A DNA stretch of 64,000 nucleotides from an uncultured bacterium. GTDB taxonomy: Bacteria > Acidobacteriota > Thermoanaerobaculia > Multivoradales > JAHZIX01. Below, one piece after another: positions 50,791-60,000 of this stretch. The stretch covers positions 1-64,000 of the forward strand of contig CBDUPA010000021.1 of NCBI GenBank assembly GCA_965368975.1, read 5' to 3'. The notes below the pieces were generated by a model. The model saw only the letters and a list, made by a program, of their open reading frames with translations. It was not told the origin of the DNA and did not search any database. A program made the translations under genes and the position numbers. Each line of letters starts with the position of its first letter. Within the stretch, counting starts at the first letter, position 1.

Positions 50791-52029
50791 TCAGGCTACC
50801 TGACCATCGTGCCCCGACCACACCAGGCCCGACACCAGCTTGGGCAGGAAGCGGGTAGCCTTGGCCGGGAGTAGATCGCCCTTGGAGATCGCTTCGCCGA
50901 AGTCGAGGGCGCTCATCGGCGGCAGGTAGACACCCCAGGTGAAGGTGCCGTCCGTGACCTGGTTGTAGAGCATGTCCGGGTTGGCGCGGTAAGTAGTGGT
51001 GCCGTCGAGGGCGGCTTCGGGGGGCATGCCGAGTTCGGGCAGCAGGTGGAAGTGCAGGTGCGCGACGGCGAGGCGCTCCGACGCCGGGGGGTTGCCAGCG
51101 GGCATCTTGGCGGGATCGAGCAGCCACAGCTCAGTACCTTGACCGTACACCTGGACGGCCAGGGCTGGTTGCTCCGCGTTGGCGACAGCGGCCGCGATGT
51201 CAGGGCCGCTCGACGCTTCCAGGTGACGGACTTCGCGCGCCAGCGGACGTAGCTTGTCGAGATCCTGCGCGGCGGCGAAGGCGCGGTGGATGGGGTCGAT
51301 CACCATGTCTTCGTCGCGCATGCTGAACAGGACGGCCATCTTGCAGCCGGCGGCGGTGCTCTGGCCAGCGTGGCCTTCCTGCTCGGCGTAGGTGCGACCC
51401 ACCTTGTAGCGATGGTGGCCGTCGGCGATGGCGGCCGTGCAGGGGCCAAGGAGTTGCTGGTATTGCTGCACGCGCGCCGGCTCATGGACGCGATAGAGAC
51501 GATGGACGTTGCCGGCATCGTCGGTGTGGGCGACCAGGGGGTCACTCGCCGTGTCTTCGGAAATCATCGCCGCCATGGAGCCGGGCTCGTCGGCCAGGAA
51601 CATGACCGGCTCGTAGTCGGTGCGCGTGGCCTTGAGCAGGTTCAGACGATCGGCGAAGGGCTTGTCGAGCGTCTTCTCGTGCGGCCGGATGACGCCGGAG
51701 CTTTCGGGCTCGACACCGACCAGCACGCAGATACCGACGCGCTGGCCTCCGCCCGCGAGGTCGACGACATACGGGTAGAGCGACGGTTCCTCGTCGCGCT
51801 GAACGGTCCCGTCGCCGCGCCACTGCTGGTGTAGGGCAGCACTATGCTGGTAGACATCGCCCTCGGGGCCGGGCACCGGCTTGGTGAGGTGGGCGAAATG
51901 GTGCGGCTGGGTCCGCTGCAGGCGGTCGCGCAGTTGGTCGTCGATCTGATCGAAGGGCGGTGCGGCCAGGGTCGCAGGATCGTTGCCCTGGGCGCTATAG
52001 CGAAGGCCTTGGAAGGCGTGGATGCGCAT
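50791..52029 (-). CDS. DUF1015 family protein
   Basis: AFQGLRY, APPFDQI, IRPHEKT, IADGHHRY, LPAKATRFLPKLVSGL. Confidence 0.88.
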   Translation of the reverse strand: MRIHAFQGLRYSAQGNDPATLAAPPFDQIDDQLRDRLQRTQPHHFAHLTKPVPGPEGDVYQHSAALHQQWRGDGTVQRDEEPSLYPYVVDLAGGGQRVGICVLVGVEPESSGVIRPHEKTLDKPFADRLNLLKATRTDYEPVMFLADEPGSMAAMISEDTASDPLVAHTDDAGNVHRLYRVHEPARVQQYQQLLGPCTAAIADGHHRYKVGRTYAEQEGHAGQSTAAGCKMAVLFSMRDEDMVIDPIHRAFAAAQDLDKLRPLAREVRHLEASSGPDIAAAVANAEQPALAVQVYGQGTELWLLDPAKMPAGNPPASERLAVAHLHFHLLPELGMPPEAALDGTTTYRANPDMLYNQVTDGTFTWGVYLPPMSALDFGEAISKGDLLPAKATRFLPKLVSGLVWSGHDGQVA

Positions 52030-52153
52030 GGGATCTCCTCGGTGGGTCGAGTCAGGTAGGTCTATCTGAGGCGACGCCGTGGAGTGCTGGATGAGCGCCG
52101 CGCCCTGATTGTACTCGGGTGTCGATCCGGATTCATCCGAGCGCCAACCAGAA

Positions 52154-52180
52154 CCCGGCCCCCGAGAGCCGGGAGCCGGG
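52154..52180 (-). terminator. Hairpin downstream of the cytochrome-porin operon
   Basis: CCCGGCTCCCG-gctct-CGGGGGCCGGG followed by TTCTGGTT on the minus strand. Confidence 0.55.
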
Positions 52181-52251
52181 CTGTGGGAAGTGAAGCCCTT
52201 CTGAGTGCAGCGCTCGAGAGCGCCGTTCAGAAGCTTGTAGATCTTCGAAAG

Positions 52252-54390
52252 CTAGAAGCTGTAGGCCAGCCCCAAGCTATAGAAGCTGACTTCGCCAGAC
52301 GTGTCGTAGAGGTACGGCGTGTCGTCCTGGAAGTCGAGATAGCGATACCCGCCGGTGACGGCCAGCTGCGCGGTGGCCTGATAGCGCAAGCGCAGCGCCA
52401 GCTCCAAGCGGGAGAGATCGAGATCGGAGTTGGTGTGGGTCAGGGTGAAGTCGTAACTCTGGTTGGGGTTGAGCAGAGTGCCGGGGACCTCGAAGTCGAA
52501 GGGCGCGAGGGCGGCTTCAGCCTCGGTCCACGCCAGATCCAATCCCAGTTCGAGTTCGTTCGTGGGCTGCCACTCGAGACCGGTGGCGATCACGCTGTCG
52601 TTGGTGTCGTAGTTGAGCAGAGTGCGTGCCGAGCCAGACTGGCCCGAAAGGATCGAGCCTGCTCAGCCATCGAAGATGGGGATGAACGATGGATACTTCA
52701 GCTCGGTATCGTGCCAGGCATAGGAGCCGTACCACTGCCAGGTCTCCGCCGGCGCCCACCAGAGAGTCGCAGTGAAGCTCTGGTGCGTGCGCGACCAGTC
52801 GGTGAAGTCGAGGTCTTCCGAGCCGTCGTTGTCACCGTCCCACCAGGTGTAGGAGGCGCTGAAGTTGCTCTTGCCGGTGGCGTACGTGCCCCCCAGCTTG
52901 ACCTCGTCCCAGCTCTCGGCGGCCGCCGTCGTGTCCGCGACGCGCGCGTCCTGGAACTCGTAGTATTGCGCCGCAGTCGGTGCGAAGGGGCTGGGAGCAG
53001 CACTCGAGACCAGGGTCGAGAAGGCACCGTCGACCGTCGCGAAGGGATGGTCGACCTGGCCGTGGCGATAGCCCGCGGACAGGCGCAGACCTTGGCGCGG
53101 CCTGGCCCACCAGCGCAGCCCCAGGACATTCTCGGTGGTGTCGGTCTCACCGAGCGCGACCTCGTAGTGATCCCGTCGTAGATCCTCGTACTCCCAGAGC
53201 AGCCGCACTCGCCCCGCCTTGCCGGGAAGCTTGGTGGTCAAGTCGAGCTTGGAGTCGAAGATCTCGCGGTCGAGGGCCGACTGTCGCAGGTAGTCTGGAT
53301 CGAAGCCGTAGACGTCACGGAAGGTACGACCAGCATGCGGCCCCGCAATGCCAGGCGGCTCGGCGATGTCGACGAAGATGTCGTCGCTGTCGATCTGCGT
53401 GTAGCGGCCACGCCAGCGCAGTTTCCAGCGCTCGTGGAAGGTGTGCACCGCGTTCACCGCATAGCCATCGTAGTGCGCCGACAACCCCGTGAGTTCGTTC
53501 TCGGTCTGCGACCAGACGCCACTGGCATCCAGGGCCAGGCCGCCGGGACGCGCGAAGCTGAGGGTCAGCTTGGCGATGTCCTTGCTGGTGTCTGGGCGCT
53601 GGTGCACCGGCTGCGGACCCTGAGCCGAGTCCCACTGCAGGCGGTTGTCGAACACCGGGACGCGCAACTCGGGTTGCAGGGCGTCGTCGAACAGAAGGTC
53701 GATATCACGCACACCTTCGCGCAGCTCGCGCCGGACATAGCTGGCGCGCAGCTGGGTGTGTTGCCAGGCATAGGAAACCTCGACACCGACGTCTTCCGTG
53801 CTCTCGTCGAGCGGCCGACTCTGACTGTAGACATGGCAGGAGTCGCAGTGCGAGATGGTGAGCGCCTGGTATTGCCCTTCGCGTTCCTGGCGACGGTAGA
53901 GCAAGGCCAGGGTGAGAGCATCCCAGTCGCGAGGTTGGAACTCGGTGCGATGCCGCAGGTCACTGTAGGTGAGCTCGTAGTCGGCAGCCGGATCCAGGTC
54001 GGTGTGATGGACGTAGCGGCCGTGATTGGTAGCCGCTTCGAGATTGGACAGTGGATCGTGACCCAAACGATGGAAGAGCTTCAGGAACTCGGTGCTCGAG
54101 CGCAGCTGACGCCCCCCCAAGTCGAACGCCAAGCGGTGCATCTGGTCGTCGTCGTCGCGCCAGTCGAGGTCGAGATCGAGAAAGCCCGCCTCCAGTGCGC
54201 TGGTGAAGCGTAGTTGCAGATCGACACCGCCATCGGTTGTCTCGTATTCACTGACCACATCGGGGGAGCCATCGACATCCGCATCCCAGACACCAACTTG
54301 CAGCTCACCTTCCTGGGTCTCCTCGGTGAAGCCCACTGCCGGCAGGACGAGCAGCATGCCCAGCAGCAAAGGGCAGAACAAGCGTTTCAT
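52252..54390 (-). CDS. MtrB/PioB-like decaheme-associated porin with a CXXCH motif and in-frame UGA (probable selenocysteine), 712 aa
   Basis: Track ORFs 52663..54390 and 52252..52593 are in one frame, separated only by TGA 52663-52665 (FIPIFDG-U-AGSILSG). Signal peptide; HCDSCH; C-terminal YSLGLAYSF is reached only by readthrough. Confidence 0.88.
52614..52665 (-). promoter_or_regulatory. Putative bacterial SECIS element
   Basis: mRNA: UGAGCAG-GCUCGAUCCUUU-CGGGCCA-GUC-UGGCUCG-GCACGCACU-CUGCUCA. A 7-bp lower stem includes the UGA; the 7-bp upper stem has a G-first loop with 23 nt between UGA and loop. Confidence 0.75.
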
Positions 54391-54405
54391 GATCTTCCTC
54401 CTCGC

Positions 54406-55359
54406 TTACCAGGTCAGGCCGCGACCCTGGCCGGGAACCGTCTGCGACGGCAGGTCCGAACCATGGACTCGGGAGTGGCACTGAGTGCAGCTGGTGGTGA
54501 AGGCGATGTTCATGCCGCGAGGGCCAAACGGGTTCTCACGCTCAAAACCGCCGATCTCCACTTCGTCACCTTCGCCGCCGCGATAGCCGGAGTGGAAGTG
54601 TGGCTCGTGGCACTGCAGGCACAGCGCCGGTTCGTTCGCCACCAGCAGGTTGTCCGCCACTGATCCATGCGGATTGTGGCAGCTCGAGCAGTCTTCTTGC
54701 ACCGGTTCGTGCTCGAAGACGAAGGGGCCTTCTTTGTCCTGGTGGCAGTCGTAGCACAGGTCGTTACTGCGCAGCGCGGTCCGTAGCTGTCCCTCGCGTG
54801 CGTTGTGCACGTCATGGCAGCTGGCGCAGTCCATCTTGCCTTCACGCAATGGATGGTGCGACGGCAGCCGGAAGCTGGCGACCACGGCGCCATGGCAATC
54901 CTGGCAACTGTCGAGTGATGCCACTCTCGTCTCGGCGCGGTGGACCGAGTGGCAGTCGGTGCAACCCACATCTTCAAGGGCGTGCGTCGAAGCGTGCCAC
55001 TGGCCCAGCCCTTTGACCTGGTGACACGAGAGGCAGGTCTTGTCGCCCCAGGTCGTATCACCAAAGCCGCCGATGCTCTCGGGCGTCATCTCATCAATGT
55101 GCACCGAGCCCGGGCCATGGCAACCCTCGCAGCCGGTCGCACGGCCTTGCACTTCAAAGGGCTGGATGCGCGCATGAATCTGCGCCAAGCCGAGCTGCAG
55201 GTCTTCGTGACAGGTTAGGCAGGTTTCGTCGCCGACGTACTCGGCGGGTATGCCATCGAGCGAGGCGCTTCCCGCCGGGGAGAGATCGGCAGGATGACGC
55301 GCCGCGACGGTCCCGAGTAGCACCAGCGACACTGAGCAGAAGAGCAGTGTGCCTCTCAC
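54406..55359 (-). CDS. Periplasmic decaheme c-type cytochrome, DmsE/MtrA family
   Basis: Ten CxxCH motifs: CLTCH, CEGCH, CLSCH, CTDCH, CQDCH, CASCH, CYDCH, CSSCH, CLQCH, CTQCH. Also GPFVFEHEPV and VHGSDLPS. Start GTG 55359 after GAAGGAGG. Confidence 0.95.
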   Translation of the reverse strand: MRGTLLFCSVSLVLLGTVAARHPADLSPAGSASLDGIPAEYVGDETCLTCHEDLQLGLAQIHARIQPFEVQGRATGCEGCHGPGSVHIDEMTPESIGGFGDTTWGDKTCLSCHQVKGLGQWHASTHALEDVGCTDCHSVHRAETRVASLDSCQDCHGAVVASFRLPSHHPLREGKMDCASCHDVHNAREGQLRTALRSNDLCYDCHQDKEGPFVFEHEPVQEDCSSCHNPHGSVADNLLVANEPALCLQCHEPHFHSGYRGGEGDEVEIGGFERENPFGPRGMNIAFTTSCTQCHSRVHGSDLPSQTVPGQGRGLTW

Positions 55360-55541
55360 GGCGGGACCTCCTTCCCTTGCTCCGCAAGTGCGAATCGCGC
55401 TCGGGAGCGAATTCATCGTCATCCCGAATTTAGCGCGACAGCGAACTACAGGCATCCACCGAGAGGAGAGTTAGTCCGCCGTCTGATCGGAGTGGTGGAC
55501 TGCCCGAAAGGGTAGCAAGAGGCGCTGCGGACTGTACCTTG

Positions 55542-56896
55542 CTACGTCACCGCGGTCTGCTGCCGGAACTCTCCTCTCCGCCACTCCTCGTCGATCATGA
55601 CCCGCCGCAGAGCTTCGACCGCATCCCACATGTCGACGTAGCGCAGGTAGAGCGGTGCCAAGCCGAAGCGCAGGACGTCTGGAGCGCGGAAGTCGCCGAT
55701 CACGCCTCGGGCGATGAGCGCTTGCACGATGGCGTATCCCTCGGGGTGGCGCAGGCAGACCTGACTGCCGCGCTGCTGGGCACCTTCAGGGCACGCCAGC
55801 TCGAGAGCGAAGTCTGCGCACCGCTCGGCAACGAGCCGCAAGAAGAGATCGCCCAACCGCATCGACTTGCGGCGCACCGCGTGCAGGTCGACGCCGTCCC
55901 AGACATCGAGAGCGGCGTCGAGAGCGGCCAGGCTGAGGATGGGGGGCGTGCCGCAGACGAAGCGCTGAATGCCGTCGGCGGGACGGTAGTCGAGGTCGAA
56001 GGCGAAGGGAGCTTCGTGGCCGAGCCAGCCACTGAGCGGTGAATGGACCCACGGCTGCAAGCGCTCGGCGACGTAGAGGAAGGCCGGAGCACCAGGCCCC
56101 CCGTTGAGATACTTGTAACCACAGCCGACGGCGAGATCGACGTTGCAGGCGTCCAGTTCGACGGGCAGTGCACCAGCGCTGTGGGCCAGGTCCCAGAGCA
56201 TCAAGGCACCCGCATCGTGGACAGCCCGGGTGACGGCTTGCATGTCGTGCTGGGCCCCGGTCCTGAAGTCGACGTGGGTCAGAGCGACGACCGCGACGGC
56301 ATCACCATGCTCGCGCAGGGCAGCGCTCAGACCTTCTGCGACAGGCTCGCGGCTGCACGGGGCGGCGTCGATCACCTGCACGCGGCATCGATCCTCCCCC
56401 AGAAGCCTTGCATGATGTAGAGGTCGGAAGGGAAATTGCCGCGTTCGGACAGGATGAGTGATAGGCCCCCTGGCTTGCCTGCGGCCCCCTTTGGCTTGCC
56501 AACAGCCCTCCCCGGCTTGCCAACAGCCCTCCCCGGCTTACCAACAGTAAAGTCGAGAGCAGCGGCGAGCAGTTTGAACAAATTGGCGGACGTAGAGTCC
56601 GCGACCATCACCTGGCCAGGTTTCGCCCCGACGAGCCGGGCGATCTTGTCGCCGGTACGGCGAGCCAGATCGATCCAGCCATGCTGATTCCAAGAGCGGA
56701 TGAGATCGTGCCCCCACTCCTGCGTGACCACCTGCTGCAGGCGCTCGGGGACCCCGAGCGGCAGGGCGCCGAGGGAGTTGCCGTCGAGGTAGAGAACACC
56801 TTCGGGCAAGGAAAACTCGAGGCGCAGGGATGCCAGGGGATCGTCGTGGTCGAGAGCGGCGCAAGCGTCGCGGCTAGCCAGGGCAGAAGCAGGCAT
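55542..56896 (-). pseudogene. kynU: Kynureninase split by a frameshift near 56400
   Basis: N-half has YLDGNSLG, LIRSWN and NFPSDLYIMQG. C-half, in another frame, has WDLAHSAG, GCGYKYLNGGPG, RGSQV and GDFRAPD. Confidence 0.85.
56464..56547 (-). repeat. 21-nt tandem repeat, about 4 imperfect copies, encoding GKPGRAV units inside kynU
   Basis: ggcttgccaacagccctcccc twice exactly (56493-56534) with degenerate flanking copies. Confidence 0.9.
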
Positions 56897-57023
56897 GGGT
56901 GATATGGTTACATACTACGAACCGTAGCAAACGGTTCCTCTGAAGCGAGTCTTGCATTGACGTCTGACGCTTTGATGTCGACTACGTCGAAGCACCCCAC
57001 CAGCAGGAGGATCTCCCAGCACC

Positions 57024-57362
57024 GTGAGCAAGTATCTGTACGTCCAGCTGTGGCGAATGAACACCGAGTGGCTGGGCCTGTCGGAGCAAGAGCGACTGGA
57101 ATTCGTCTACCAGATCGGCATCGTGATCAAGGATCTGATCAAAGAAGGCTCGGAGCTGGTGGGCTTCAGCCTCAACGATCACGACACACCGGAGCGCATC
57201 GAGTACCGCTACATGGCGGTGTGGAAGACGACGAAGGAGAACGTACAGCGCATCGACAACGCCTTCAAGGAAGCCGGCTGGAACGAGTACTTCTCTCACG
57301 TCAACGCCCGCGGTGAAGTGGTGCAGCCGCAAGAGTTCTTGCGGCACATGATCCACATCTAG
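57024..57362 (+). CDS. Small conserved protein, DUF6616-like
   Basis: GTG after AGGAGG; WLGLSEQER, NDHDTP, MAVW, AGWNEYFSHVNARG. Family recalled from memory. Confidence 0.7.
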   Translation: MSKYLYVQLWRMNTEWLGLSEQERLEFVYQIGIVIKDLIKEGSELVGFSLNDHDTPERIEYRYMAVWKTTKENVQRIDNAFKEAGWNEYFSHVNARGEVVQPQEFLRHMIHI

Positions 57363-57387
57363 CGGATACGGTGGAGGCTGACTCAGG

Positions 57388-59451
57388 ATGACCGCCCTGC
57401 CCTTCGAGTCGATTTACCGTCACGGCCTCGTGCGCGCCGCGGTCGCGATTCCGCGGGTGCGACTCGGGGACCCGTGCGCCAATCTCGACCACACATCGGC
57501 GTTGATCGAACGCGCGGCGGCGCAGCACGCAGCGCTGGTGATGTTCCCGGAGCTGGGGTTGTCGGCGTATTCGCTGGAGGATCTCTTCCACCAGCAAGCC
57601 CTGCTCGACGCGAGCGAGCAAGCCCTACGCGATTTGTTGATGGCCAGCCGTGCGTGGCTGCCGGTGGTGGTGGTCGGTGCGCCACTGCGGCATTGGGGAC
57701 GCCTCTACAACTGCGCCTTCGTGCTGCACCGTGGCCAGATGCTCGGAGTGGTCCCCAAGAGCTACCTGCCCAACTACCGAGAATTCTACGAAGGACGTCA
57801 CTTCACGGCAGGGGTCCGAGCGCCCGAGGAGAACGTACGCTTGTTCGGCCAGGACGTGCCCTTTGGCAACGACCTGCTGTTCTCCGCCGTCGACCTGCCG
57901 CTGTTCTGCCTGCACACCGAAATCTGCGAGGACTTCTGGGTTCCCCTGCCGCCAAGCACCATGGCGGCGATGGCCGGAGCGACGGTGCTGTGCAACCTGT
58001 CGGCGAGCAACATTACGATCGGCAAGGCCAGCTACCGTCACACGCTGTGCGCCAGCCAGAGCGGGCGCTGCGTCGCGGCCTATCTGTACGCAGCCGCGGG
58101 TGCCGGCGAATCGACCACCGACCTGGCCTGGGACGGGCACGCCATGATCTACGAGAACGGTGAGCTGTTGGCGGAGTCGGAGCGATTTGGACACGAAGAA
58201 CAGTTGATCTACGCCGATCTCGACCTGGAGCGCCTCGAGCAGGATCGCCTGCGCCTGACCAGTTTCCACGACTGCGCCGTCGAGCACGCCGAGGCGGTCA
58301 AAAAGCTACGCCGCATCGACTTCGGCTTCGGCCAGCTGCCGACCGACGCCCGTGGCCTGCGGCGTCCGCAGGAGCGCTTCCCGTATGTGCCCAAGGACAC
58401 CGCCGAACGCGACGCGCGCTGCTACGAGGCGTACAACATCCAGGTCCATGGCCTGATACAGCGCTTGCGCGCCACCGGTATCAACAAGCTGGTGATCGGT
58501 GTCTCGGGTGGCCTGGACTCGACGCAGGCACTACTCGTGGCGGTGCGCGCCATGGACCAGCTCGGTCTACCACGGCGGAACGTGCTGGCCTACACCATGC
58601 CGGGCTTCGCCACCTCGGACCGCACCTACGACAACGCCTGGGCGCTGATGCGAGCACTCGGTGTAAGCGGCGAGGAGGTCGACATCCGCCCGTCGTGCCG
58701 CCAGATGCTCGAAGACATCGACCATCCGTTCAGCGATGGCGAGCCGGTCTACGACGTCACCTTCGAGAACGTCCAAGCCGGCGAGCGCACGTCGCACCTG
58801 TTCCGCCTGGCCAACCACCACGGCGCGCTGGTGCTGGGCACGGGTGACCTGTCCGAGCTGGCACTGGGCTGGAACACCTACGGCGTCGGCGATCAGATGA
58901 GCCACTACAACGTCAACGCATCGGTGCCCAAGACGTTGATCCAGTTTCTGATCCGCTGGCTGATCGCGCGCGGCGATTATGGCAACGAGACCAACGTCGT
59001 GCTGCAATCGATCCTCGACACCGAGATCTCTCCCGAGCTGGTACCCACCAGCGACAACGACAAAGCCCAGCAACCCGCCCAGAGCACGCAAGAGGTCATC
59101 GGCCCCTACGAGCTGCAGGACTTTCACCTCTACTTCGTCAGCCGCTACGGCTTCCGTCCCAGCAAGGTCGCCTTCCTCGCCCACCACGCCTGGGGCGACC
59201 GCGATCAAGGCGCCTGGCCGCGCGAATTGCCGGACGACGAACGCCGAGAGTACGACCTGGCGTCGATCAAGAAGTGGCTGCGCATCTTCCTCGACCGCTT
59301 CTTCCGCACCAGCCAGTTCAAGCGGTCGGCGATGCCCAATGGACCCAAGGTGGGCTCCGGCGGCTCACTCTCCCCGCGCGGTGACTGGCGCGCACCCAGC
59401 GATGGGAACTCCGTGGTGTGGCTGGAAGAGTTGGAGAAGAACGTGCCCTGA
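57388..59451 (+). CDS. nadE: Glutamine-dependent NAD+ synthetase
   Basis: Nitrilase domain [23 protein letters not shown]; synthetase domain [35 protein letters not shown]. Confidence 0.97.
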   Translation: MTALPFESIYRHGLVRAAVAIPRVRLGDPCANLDHTSALIERAAAQHAALVMFPELGLSAYSLEDLFHQQALLDASEQALRDLLMASRAWLPVVVVGAPLRHWGRLYNCAFVLHRGQMLGVVPKSYLPNYREFYEGRHFTAGVRAPEENVRLFGQDVPFGNDLLFSAVDLPLFCLHTEICEDFWVPLPPSTMAAMAGATVLCNLSASNITIGKASYRHTLCASQSGRCVAAYLYAAAGAGESTTDLAWDGHAMIYENGELLAESERFGHEEQLIYADLDLERLEQDRLRLTSFHDCAVEHAEAVKKLRRIDFGFGQLPTDARGLRRPQERFPYVPKDTAERDARCYEAYNIQVHGLIQRLRATGINKLVIGVSGGLDSTQALLVAVRAMDQLGLPRRNVLAYTMPGFATSDRTYDNAWALMRALGVSGEEVDIRPSCRQMLEDIDHPFSDGEPVYDVTFENVQAGERTSHLFRLANHHGALVLGTGDLSELALGWNTYGVGDQMSHYNVNASVPKTLIQFLIRWLIARGDYGNETNVVLQSILDTEISPELVPTSDNDKAQQPAQSTQEVIGPYELQDFHLYFVSRYGFRPSKVAFLAHHAWGDRDQGAWPRELPDDERREYDLASIKKWLRIFLDRFFRTSQFKRSAMPNGPKVGSGGSLSPRGDWRAPSDGNSVVWLEELEKNVP

Positions 59452-59460
59452 ACGCACTAT

Positions 59461-59721
59461 TCAGTCGAGAGGGGCGATCTTTCCCGGAGCTTCCAAATTC
59501 TCGGCGTGGTGCCAGGCGTCGAGAAGATCGCGTTGGTGCAGCGAGGCCCACTCCGAGACCAGGCCCATCGCCCGCGGCGGCAACTTGCCGGCCAAGACCG
59601 CCAGCGAATGAATCTCGATCAGCACCTCGTGCTTGCCGTAGAACGCATGAAAGTGCGGCGGAGCATGGTCACCGAAGTACATGCGGATGACGATGCCGTA
59701 GAAACGGCACAGTTCAGGCAT
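59461..59721 (-). CDS. DUF4160 family protein (putative TA component)
   Basis: MPELCRFYGIVIRMYFGDHAPPHFHAFYG...KIAPLD. Confidence 0.85.
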   Translation of the reverse strand: MPELCRFYGIVIRMYFGDHAPPHFHAFYGKHEVLIEIHSLAVLAGKLPPRAMGLVSEWASLHQRDLLDAWHHAENLEAPGKIAPLD

Positions 59722-59998
59722 GGATGGCTGGCGGTAGACCACATTCGAACAGCACATCCGGCTGCATGCGAGTCAGCTGCAAGTAGAGGCTGTCCGCGCA
59801 CAACTCGACATCGTCTGTCCAGGCGATAGAACCATGATCGCTGACATGAACTTGTTCGAAGCAGGAGCGATCGTCCCAGATGCTGAAGACACCCTTCCCG
59901 GCGAAGGAACTGAGATCGACTTCTCCCACGATATCGTCCGCGTACCGCAACCAAATACGGTAGCCGTCGCGAGCCTCGACTTGGATTGGTCTCACCAT
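59714..59998 (-). CDS. DUF2442 family protein (putative TA component)
   Basis: VEARDGYRIWLRYADDIVGEVDLS, GSIAWTDDVELCADSLY; 8-nt overlap with DUF4160. Confidence 0.82.
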   Translation of the reverse strand: MVRPIQVEARDGYRIWLRYADDIVGEVDLSSFAGKGVFSIWDDRSCFEQVHVSDHGSIAWTDDVELCADSLYLQLTRMQPDVLFECGLPPAIHA

Positions 59999-60000
59999 AG

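Noticed and set aside
52252-52593. Separate 113-aa gene
   Set aside because: No RBS or signal peptide, and it is in frame with the porin; it is better explained as the porin C-terminus.
52663-52665. UGA as Trp or Gly under an alternative genetic code
   Set aside because: Many genes here end properly at TGA (msrB, nadE, vapC) and TGG is used for Trp, so any recoding must be site-specific.
56372-56374. TGA ending the kynU N-half as a second Sec codon
   Set aside because: The continuation is in a different frame, so this is a frameshift and not readthrough.
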